Positions 49,106 through 57,063 of a stretch of DNA of 64,000 bases are shown here, piece after piece. Positions within the stretch are counted from its first letter, which is position 1. Every line of letters starts with the position of its first letter. The position numbers and the translations under genes were made by a program. This DNA is from Planctomycetota bacterium. Its GTDB lineage: Bacteria; Planctomycetota; Uabimicrobiia; Uabimicrobiales; JABWCH01. The stretch spans positions 53,059 through 117,058 of the forward strand of contig JAGOMP010000001.1 in the NCBI GenBank assembly GCA_017993505.1, written 5' to 3'. The notes under the pieces were generated by a model. The model saw only the letters and a list, made by a program, of their open reading frames with translations. It did no database searches and was not told where the DNA came from.

Positions 49106-49738
49106 ATGAGCGAACCCAATATTGAAATTCGTACATTTACATACATTGATGTATTACAACCACAACTTGCAGCATTTATTGCCACCATTTGTCAAGGATA
49201 TTTACCATTAGAATCCCAAGCTGCACTCATCGTAGAGGTTGCACCTGGAATTGCCATTAACAGAATTACAGATATTGCTATGAAACGTGCCCAAGTCTAT
49301 CCAGGAATGCAAATTGTCGAACGTTCCTATGGAATGTTAGAACTCCATACCTTTGACCAAGGAGCTATGCGTGCAGCTGGAGAAGCTATTCTAGAATATG
49401 TACATGGTGATGAAGAAAGTAGAATCAAACCAAAAATTTATTCTTCTGAAATCATTACAGGAATAGAAGGTCACCAAGCTATGATCATCAATAGAATGCG
49501 CCATGGTCAATTTCTATTACAAGGAGAAACTTTATACATCCTAGAAGTACAGCCAGCAGGCTATGCTGCAATAGCAGCTAATGAAGCAGAAAAAGCAGCA
49601 AATATCAATTTACTAGAAATGCGTGCGTTCGGTGCTTTTGGACGATTATATTTAGGTGGGAAAGAAGCTGAAATTCAAGAAGCTGTCAAAGCCATCGAAT
49701 CTAGTTTAAATAACATGAGCGGTCGTCCCAATCCATAA
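49106..49738 (+). CDS. tandem BMC-domain protein (BMC-T-like microcompartment shell protein) with an about 60-aa N-terminal extension
   Basis: Two non-permuted BMC-like blocks: LIVEVAPGIAINRITDIAMKRAQV...GAMRAAGEAI and YILEVQPAGYAAIAANEAEKAANINLLEMR...GGKEAEIQEAVKAIESS. Compare the PduA block [22 protein letters not shown]...GDVGAVKAATDAG. Confidence 0.6.
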   Translation: MSEPNIEIRTFTYIDVLQPQLAAFIATICQGYLPLESQAALIVEVAPGIAINRITDIAMKRAQVYPGMQIVERSYGMLELHTFDQGAMRAAGEAILEYVHGDEESRIKPKIYSSEIITGIEGHQAMIINRMRHGQFLLQGETLYILEVQPAGYAAIAANEAEKAANINLLEMRAFGAFGRLYLGGKEAEIQEAVKAIESSLNNMSGRPNP

Positions 49739-49772
49739 TTACATAAACACAATAAAGTAGAAAGGCGTATTT

Positions 49773-51254
49773 GTGGACAAAGATTTAGAATCCATTCAAC
49801 TCACAAGAGAATTAATCGCAAAAGCAAAAACAGCACAACAAAAGCTAGAACGCTACACACAAGACCAAGTGGATCACATTGTTGGACTTTTAGCTCAACA
49901 TGGGTATAGAGCTGCACAACAACTTGCAGAATTAGCATACCAAGAAACAGGTATGGGGCGTGTGGAAAGTAAATTGGAAAAAAATATCTTTGCCACACGG
50001 ACACTTTATTACCATATCAAAGATATACAAACAGTAGGTATCTTAACTCAGGATCTTCATCACCAAATTTATGAAGTGGCTACTCCTATGGGAATTGTTG
50101 CTGGCATCATTCCTGTCACAAACCCAACTTCCACATCTCTGTTCAAAATTATCTCTGCTTTAAAAGCACGATGTTGTATTATTTTATCTCCTCATCCTAA
50201 AGCCAAAAATTGTATTCAAAAAACAGTCAACATTATGCAAAACGCATTACAGTCTATTGGTGAACCAGAAGAATTTATCGGTTGTTTACCCATTCCTACC
50301 ATGGAAGCAACACACACTCTCATGCAACATCCTGACATTGCGGTAATTCTTGCTACTGGTGGTGGAGGACTTGTCAAAGCTGCATATTCTTCTGGCAAAC
50401 CAGCGATAGGAGTAGGTCCAGGAAACTGCCCAGCATATATTGAAGCTAGTGCAGACATTCCTCATGCAATTCGTTGTCTCATTATTAGCCAAAGCTTTGA
50501 TTGGGGGACTATTTGTGCTTCAGAGCAATCGGTTATTATTGAAAATAGCATATTAGAACAGTGCTTACAAGAATTTCAACGACAAGAAGGACATATTTGT
50601 ACACCAGAAGAAATAAAAAAATTAGAAGATCTCATGCCAAACGATGGTTCTATACCTCCAGCTTTAGTAGGGAAATCACCTTTTCACATTGCTAAAATTG
50701 CAGGATTTACAGTACCAGAAACTACCAAAGTTTTAATTGCACAACAAACAGGTGTAGGAAATGAATATCCTCTTTCTAGAGAAAAACTTTCTCCTATTTT
50801 AGCTATGTACATTGTGAAAAATCCAGAAGAAGCATATCAACTCTGTCATCAACTCCTAGTATACGGTGGAATTGGACATTCTGTAGCCATACATTCCAAA
50901 AATCAAAAAATCATTCAAAACTTTGCATTACAAAACAAAGCGTCAAGAATTTTAGTCAATGTTCCTTCCTCACAAGGTGGGGTAGGATATGCAACTACAT
51001 TATCCCCCTCATTAACCTTAGGTTGTGGTTCACCAGGTGGTAATATTACTTCTGATAATATCACTTGTAAACATTTACTTAATATTAAACGTATTGCTTT
51101 TGCACACAATGACTTTTTCCCAGATGTACCTGCACCTAAAATTAATATGTTCAATATAAGCAAGCAAGAAAAAAAATATCGCCGAGATCCTTTTGAAGAT
51201 CTCCCTACACCGAATCGAGCTTTTTATGTTGGACCACATAACAATGTAAAATAA
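49773..51254 (+). CDS. CoA-acylating aldehyde dehydrogenase (EutE/PduP family); GTG start
   Basis: [20 protein letters not shown], catalytic Cys in [10 protein letters not shown], and a GGGG NAD loop. An about 40-aa C-terminal extension is present. Confidence 0.8.
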   Translation: MDKDLESIQLTRELIAKAKTAQQKLERYTQDQVDHIVGLLAQHGYRAAQQLAELAYQETGMGRVESKLEKNIFATRTLYYHIKDIQTVGILTQDLHHQIYEVATPMGIVAGIIPVTNPTSTSLFKIISALKARCCIILSPHPKAKNCIQKTVNIMQNALQSIGEPEEFIGCLPIPTMEATHTLMQHPDIAVILATGGGGLVKAAYSSGKPAIGVGPGNCPAYIEASADIPHAIRCLIISQSFDWGTICASEQSVIIENSILEQCLQEFQRQEGHICTPEEIKKLEDLMPNDGSIPPALVGKSPFHIAKIAGFTVPETTKVLIAQQTGVGNEYPLSREKLSPILAMYIVKNPEEAYQLCHQLLVYGGIGHSVAIHSKNQKIIQNFALQNKASRILVNVPSSQGGVGYATTLSPSLTLGCGSPGGNITSDNITCKHLLNIKRIAFAHNDFFPDVPAPKINMFNISKQEKKYRRDPFEDLPTPNRAFYVGPHNNVK

Positions 51255-51665
51255 AAAAATAAGGAGAAAAAATAATGGCTAGACAACAAACAGTCTTTGA
51301 AGACTCTCCTCCAAAAAATAAATCAACTTCTGAAGCGTTAGAGATAAAAGAAGAACTTTCTCAAAAAACACAGAGCAAAACAAAAAAAAATTACAGAAGA
51401 ATCACCTAAAAAAATAAAAATTAATCAAGAAAAAAATTTAAAAAATAAAACATTTAAAAAAAATCATAAAGAAGATAAAAAAGGGGGAGTAGGATATTCA
51501 GCAGAAAAATATAATAAAATAAATTCTAAAACAAATAATAAAGAAATAAAAGATAAAAATAATAATAGCAAAAAAGAATACCAAAAAGCAATTTCCAAAA
51601 CAACTCCCCAACAAGAAATAAAAGGAAAATATAGAGAGAAAAAACAAGAATCTATAGCTTACGAA

Positions 51666-52688
51666 ATGCCAAAACAGATTTTTAAACAACAAGGACAATA
51701 TAAACATTCCTCATATAAACACAAACAAGATAATGTTGAAAAACGCCCTTATTCAAAAAACAAACAAGGAGGTTTCAACGAAAACCTTAAACCCACCGTC
51801 AAAAATCATTCTCAAAAAAAATTGGATAACAATCGAGTACCTAAACAAAGGAAAAAACAGCCTCGTAAAAGAAAACGCCAATCTGAAGAAGCAATCGAAA
51901 AATTTAAATTAAGTCATTCTATACCAGTACAAGAACTTGCCAAACAACATAATATTCACTGTTTGATTGCAGCCAAACTATATAAAAATGAAATTACATT
52001 AGAGCAAGCATTACAAGCAGAACAAGAACGCCTTAATTTATTCGCCAAAGTTCAAAAATTAATTGCTCAATATCCAGAAATTAATGTATCCTTGGGTTAT
52101 CATATTGTTCGTCAATTTTCCACTATGGAAGAATATTGGGCCCATAAAAAAGAAGTGGAAAAAAGAAAAGAAGAAAAAGATTTATTGAAAAAAATAAAAA
52201 TGCAAAAGGATGCAATGCAGAATAAAGCATTTTTATGGCTTGAAGAATGTATTAAATCTAAGGAACAAATTCAACTTGCATTATATGGTAAAAAAGAATT
52301 TCTATATGGAGTTTTACAAGATTTCACACCTTATGTATTTAAATTAGTAGTCCCAAAAGGAATTCAAAAAATTCATCGTCTTTCTATGAAATACTTTTAC
52401 TTTAAAAAAGATGAAGAATTTATCAAAAAATGGATTTTAATTGATAAAACTATTAAAGCTAAAAAACTCCATGCAGAACGAGATAAAAATAAACGTTTCC
52501 AATTTCCAGAAAATATATTAGTAGAAGGAAACGAAATTATGTTAGGACTTCACGGAGGAGAAATGATCCGTGGAAAAGTTCTATGGTTCACACCTTATGA
52601 TATATTATTGCAAACTAGCAAAACCATAATATGGATTTTCCGACATGCAATAATTGAATGTGCTATTATTCGTAAAGCGAAAAAATGA
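51666..52688 (+). CDS. hypothetical basic (Lys-rich) protein; probably the C-terminal part of a longer gene interrupted at an A9 tract (see findings)
   Basis: 340 aa ORF. Its frame is open upstream to 51348 and overlaps a Met-initiated ORF at 51275..51409 in another frame. Confidence 0.55.
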   Translation: MPKQIFKQQGQYKHSSYKHKQDNVEKRPYSKNKQGGFNENLKPTVKNHSQKKLDNNRVPKQRKKQPRKRKRQSEEAIEKFKLSHSIPVQELAKQHNIHCLIAAKLYKNEITLEQALQAEQERLNLFAKVQKLIAQYPEINVSLGYHIVRQFSTMEEYWAHKKEVEKRKEEKDLLKKIKMQKDAMQNKAFLWLEECIKSKEQIQLALYGKKEFLYGVLQDFTPYVFKLVVPKGIQKIHRLSMKYFYFKKDEEFIKKWILIDKTIKAKKLHAERDKNKRFQFPENILVEGNEIMLGLHGGEMIRGKVLWFTPYDILLQTSKTIIWIFRHAIIECAIIRKAKK

Positions 52689-54424
52689 ACAAAAAATACC
52701 GTTGGCTCGTAAAAGCAACAAATTATGAAGCAATTCAACAATTACAAAAAGACTTCCTATTTACCGAAGAATTTTGCAAAATCCTAGCTTCACGAGGACT
52801 CATCCATAAAGAAGAAGTCCATAGTTTTTTAAATCCCAGTTGGGATAACATACACCATTATAATAAATTCAATCAAATGGAACAAGCAGTGGCTCGTATA
52901 GCAACTGCTATTCAAAATAAAGAAAAAATTGTAATCTATGGTGATTATGACGCCGATGGAATTACAGCTACCGCTCTTTTATACCAGTGTTTCTGCTTAT
53001 TTGATGCTAATATCTATTACTATATTCCAGAACGAAATGAAGGATATGGAGTAAATAAAACAGCTATAAAAAAAATACACCAAAAAGGAATTACATTGAT
53101 TATCACTGTAGATTGTGGGATCAGTAATTACGTAGAAGTAGAATATGCTAAAACACTAGGTATAGATATGATTATTACAGACCACCATGAATTGGGAGAA
53201 ATTATTCCCAAAGCTGTTGCTGTGATTAATCCTAAGGATAAAAATAGTGGCTATCCTTTTAAGGGAATTGCAGGTGTAGGAGTTGCTTTTAAACTAGCTT
53301 GGGCTATTTGTCAAAGATTTTCGCCAAATACAAAATATGTACGCCCTCATTTAAAAGATTTTTTGATGAATGCCTTGGGATTAGTTGCTTTAGGAAGTGT
53401 AGCAGACGTTGCTCCTCTCCATGATGAAAATAGAATTCTTATAAAATATGGTCTAAAAGTACTTGAACAAAGTAAAAATATAGGTATTAAAGCATTAAAA
53501 GACATATCGCGACTTTCTAATACTTCAGAACTTTCCACTGAAGACATTGGTTTTCGCATAGGTCCTAGAATCAATGCAGTAGGAAGAATTTCATCTGCAA
53601 AACAATGCGTAGAACTTCTGACTACCAATAATATAACAAAAGCCCAAGAACTAGCAAAATCACTAGAATACACCAATCAAAAAAGAAGAAGTATACAAAC
53701 AAAAATCCAACAACAAGCCCAAGAAATCATTCAAAAAAAAGAACTCTACAAAAAAAAAGTACTTGTTGTAGGATATGATAATTGGTCGGTAGGAGTAATT
53801 GGCATTGTGGCAGGTCGACTATTGAATGAATACTATCGACCTGTTTTCGTGATTTCTTTTGAAGATAATATAGGAAAAGGCTCTGCACGATCTATCAAAG
53901 GATTTCATTTATTTCATGCATTGCAACAATCAGAACAATATTTACATAGCTATGGCGGTCATGAACTTGCAGCAGGATTTCAAATCGAAAAAAACAAACT
54001 CGAAGACTTTGATAAATATTTAAACAAACTTGCAGATCAACTGCTAAAACCAGAAGACTTTCAACCAAGTTTAGAAATTGACACCATTATACCATTGTAT
54101 GCTATAACCTGGAATCTCATACATCAAATAGAAAAAATGAAACCTTTTGGTGAAGGTAATCCTGAACCTATTTTACTAACAGATAATGTAGAGATCATAA
54201 AAAATCCACCGCCACAAAGATATGGAAATAAAGGTGAACATCTATCGTTTCGAGTCCGCCAAGAAAATTCTGTTTTCCCTTGCATTTATTTTCAAAATGG
54301 CGATCTATGCGACTATACAAAAAAGGCACGTACATGTAGCATTGTTTATAGTCTTAAAAAAAATGAATGGAGAGATCAACTTTCCATACAACTTGACATA
54401 AAAGATATACAATTTCATTTATAA
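52685..54424 (+). CDS. recJ: single-stranded-DNA-specific exonuclease RecJ
   Basis: DHH motifs IVIYGDYDADGITA, DCGIS and ITDHHE; DHHA1 region GGHELAAGF. Confidence 0.9.
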   Translation: MNKKYRWLVKATNYEAIQQLQKDFLFTEEFCKILASRGLIHKEEVHSFLNPSWDNIHHYNKFNQMEQAVARIATAIQNKEKIVIYGDYDADGITATALLYQCFCLFDANIYYYIPERNEGYGVNKTAIKKIHQKGITLIITVDCGISNYVEVEYAKTLGIDMIITDHHELGEIIPKAVAVINPKDKNSGYPFKGIAGVGVAFKLAWAICQRFSPNTKYVRPHLKDFLMNALGLVALGSVADVAPLHDENRILIKYGLKVLEQSKNIGIKALKDISRLSNTSELSTEDIGFRIGPRINAVGRISSAKQCVELLTTNNITKAQELAKSLEYTNQKRRSIQTKIQQQAQEIIQKKELYKKKVLVVGYDNWSVGVIGIVAGRLLNEYYRPVFVISFEDNIGKGSARSIKGFHLFHALQQSEQYLHSYGGHELAAGFQIEKNKLEDFDKYLNKLADQLLKPEDFQPSLEIDTIIPLYAITWNLIHQIEKMKPFGEGNPEPILLTDNVEIIKNPPPQRYGNKGEHLSFRVRQENSVFPCIYFQNGDLCDYTKKARTCSIVYSLKKNEWRDQLSIQLDIKDIQFHL

Positions 54425-54578
54425 AATATATATAATACTCACACAATACAGTATATTTTCATAAAATATAAGGAATAGAAACTTACTCTTATTCCTTATA
54501 TATTTTTATAATAACCACTTACTCTTATTCCTTATAAACATATGCACATAAAAAATTTTGTTGTCCAAGGGGGATTAT

Positions 54579-55160
54579 ATGAATCAAAAAATTTTACTTA
54601 TTGCACTCCTATTCCTTGCGATCACAGTGCAATCTCAAGAAACATGGAAATTACAAATCAATAGTTGCATTGTCAACACTCTCAATCCAAGAGGTAAAAA
54701 ATGGGATAAAGATTTAAAAGGTGGCAAACCAGATCTACAAATTATTATTACCATTACAAATGAAAATGGTCAATCTAAACCTTTTAAAAGCAAAAAATTT
54801 CCCAATCAATATGAAATTAGAGAACTCATTACCACAGACTTAGTTGTCAAAGAAGGAGATACAATTTTTATTAAAATCATTGATGTAGATGTAATCGCCT
54901 ATGACATCATTGGAGCAGTCACGTATGTTGCACAGCCAGAAGATTTTTATATTGGAAATTTAAAAAAATTACAATTCAATTCAGTACAACAACTTGAATT
55001 CTACTTTTCTCCTTCTAATAACATTTATGAAGAACTCGCCATTCTTCGAGAAGCATACAATAAGCTCCTTAAAGAAAAAGAAAAACTAGAAAAAGAAGTA
55101 CAAAAAAAGCATACATTTAAAGAACTAGATAATATCAAGGATTATAATAAAGACAATTAA
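54579..55160 (+). CDS. secreted protein with a C2-like (Ca2+/lipid-binding beta-sandwich) domain; paralog of the next gene
   Basis: Signal peptide, then KLQINSCIV...DLKGGKPDLQIIITI...IKIIDVDVIAYDIIGAVTYV, a pattern resembling the C2 'KSDPYVKV ... DxDxxxxDDxIG' signature. Confidence 0.55.
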   Translation: MNQKILLIALLFLAITVQSQETWKLQINSCIVNTLNPRGKKWDKDLKGGKPDLQIIITITNENGQSKPFKSKKFPNQYEIRELITTDLVVKEGDTIFIKIIDVDVIAYDIIGAVTYVAQPEDFYIGNLKKLQFNSVQQLEFYFSPSNNIYEELAILREAYNKLLKEKEKLEKEVQKKHTFKELDNIKDYNKDN

Positions 55161-55184
55161 AACAAAACATTTGAAAGGATTTAT

Positions 55185-56987
55185 ATGAAGCCATTCCTTT
55201 TCATCATTTTATTTTTCAGTTTAATTTCCTCAGTACATAGTCAGTGGACTCTCAAAATTACAAACTGTATAGTCAAAGAAAAAAAGGCAAACAATAAAAA
55301 TTGGGACAATGACTTAAAAGGTGGAAAACCAGATATCAGGATCACCATTACAAAAATAGAAAATGGAAAAACCATTGCTACCTTTAGAACTAAGAAATAC
55401 GCAGATACTTTTGAAATCAAAGAACTTATCAATACTACTATCCAAGTACGAGAAAATGATAAAATATCTTTTAAAGTCGAAGATATGGACGCCATGGGAC
55501 GTCATGATTTGATTGGAACTACTACGTATTTAATCACATCCGACAACTTAACCATAGGAAATTTACAGAACATTGCATTTCATTCTGTAGACGTATTACA
55601 ATTTTATTTTACTCCCTTTGACACAATCCAAAAAGAATTCATAGCATTACAAGAACTTTACGAAAAAATAAATCAAAGCAAAACCTCCATACAAAAAGAA
55701 AAAGAAAAATTTATTGAAGATAAGAAGCACTTTCAAAACAAAGTAAATCAATGGATAACAGAACGAACAGATGAAGAAAATCGACTCCATAAAGATAAAG
55801 AAATTTGGGAACAAGAAAAAAAACGAATACAAAAAGAAAAACAAAGGTTATTAGAAGTTGCAGATCAATTAGCTCAACAACAACAAATATTAGAAGAAGA
55901 TCAAAAACAATTTCTTGAAATCCAAGAAAAAGCAAAACTAGAAAAATCTGAAGATACAGACAATGACTTTGATGACGATATTATAGATGACTTTGACGAC
56001 GAAGATGCAATAGATGAAAATGCTCTACAAAAAGAACAAGCTCAACTCAAACAAGAACAAGATCAACTTAAACAAGAACAAGCTCAATTTAAACAAGAAC
56101 AAGCTAGATTCCAAAGAGAAATAGAAAATAGCCAAAGAAACATAAAATACGAACAAGAACGACTTCAAAGAGAAAAAACTAACCAAATGAAATTATTGGA
56201 AGTACAAAAAGAAAACTTACAAAAAGAAAAAGATAGACTCCAAGCAGATAAAGAAAAATATAACAAAGAACGGTTAGAATTCATCAAACAAAAAGGGGAA
56301 TGGAACGTAGAACGCATTCAAAAAGAAAGTGAACTACGGATCGCAAGTAGCCAAACAAAACTATTTGAAGTACAAAAAGAAAATTTTAACAAAGAAAAAG
56401 AAAGATTCCAAGAAGATAGAGAAAGATTCAACAAAGAACGGTTAGAATTCATCAAACAAAAAGGGGAATGGACTTCTGAACGCATAAAAAAAGAAAGTGA
56501 ACTTAACATTCAAAAATCAAAATACGAAAACGAATATAGACAAAAGCAAAGAGAAATCGAACGACTTCAAAAGTCTATAGAAGTACAACAATCTCAAAAA
56601 AATACGCAAGAATCATTAAATAAACTACAAGAAGAAAACTCATGCTTACAAATGAGACTACAAGAAGCGAACCAAAAAATTAAAGAACTTTCTGAGTCTA
56701 TAGAGTCTCAACAAAGCACAAATATAGAAAAAGAAGTAATTGATGAAGAAGCAGACGATGAAAACGCAGATGATGAAAACGCAGACGATGAAAACGCAGT
56801 CGATGATGTAAAAGAAGAAACAGTGGAAGCAACAGAAGCAAAAATTCAAATACAAAAAAATATACAAGAAACACAAAAAAATATACAGAAAACTGTTACC
56901 AATGTACGTTCTTCTTTATATTCAACTCTAAAAGAAGTTCCAGGAATCGGAGGTGCTATCGAAGTATACCAAAAGCTTGTTCATTAG
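55185..56987 (+). CDS. secreted C2-like-domain protein with a long repetitive coiled coil and acidic repeats; paralog of 54579..55160
   Basis: N-terminal 150 aa align to the upstream gene (DLKGGKPDIRITIT, VEDMDAMGRHDLIG). Then about 400 aa of K/E/Q-rich heptads with a 56-aa internal duplication and DDENA x3. Confidence 0.6.
   Translation: MKPFLFIILFFSLISSVHSQWTLKITNCIVKEKKANNKNWDNDLKGGKPDIRITITKIENGKTIATFRTKKYADTFEIKELINTTIQVRENDKISFKVEDMDAMGRHDLIGTTTYLITSDNLTIGNLQNIAFHSVDVLQFYFTPFDTIQKEFIALQELYEKINQSKTSIQKEKEKFIEDKKHFQNKVNQWITERTDEENRLHKDKEIWEQEKKRIQKEKQRLLEVADQLAQQQQILEEDQKQFLEIQEKAKLEKSEDTDNDFDDDIIDDFDDEDAIDENALQKEQAQLKQEQDQLKQEQAQFKQEQARFQREIENSQRNIKYEQERLQREKTNQMKLLEVQKENLQKEKDRLQADKEKYNKERLEFIKQKGEWNVERIQKESELRIASSQTKLFEVQKENFNKEKERFQEDRERFNKERLEFIKQKGEWTSERIKKESELNIQKSKYENEYRQKQREIERLQKSIEVQQSQKNTQESLNKLQEENSCLQMRLQEANQKIKELSESIESQQSTNIEKEVIDEEADDENADDENADDENAVDDVKEETVEATEAKIQIQKNIQETQKNIQKTVTNVRSSLYSTLKEVPGIGGAIEVYQKLVH
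56262..56471. repeat. 168-bp-period internal direct repeat in the coiled-coil gene (aacaaagaacggttagaattcatcaaacaaaaaggggaatgg at 56262 and 56430)
   Basis: An identical 42-bp core is repeated 168 bp apart and encodes KERLEFIKQKGEW twice. Confidence 0.8.
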
Positions 56988-57012
56988 AAATATTCAGATA
57001 GAAATTTTAAAA

Positions 57013-57060
57013 AATAGTTAAAAAATAATGGATGTTAAGTCCATTATTTTTTTAACTATT
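57013..57060. terminator. bidirectional intrinsic terminator between convergent genes
   Basis: 20-bp near-perfect inverted repeat aatagttaaaaaataatgga / tccattatttttttaactatt with an 8-nt loop, flanked by A and T runs on both sides. Confidence 0.7.
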
Positions 57061-57063
57061 TTT

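Noticed and set aside
51498-51707. Minus-strand 69-aa F/I-rich ORF
   Set aside because: It is the antisense of the poly-A/K-rich region of the frameshifted Lys-rich gene, a low-complexity artefact.
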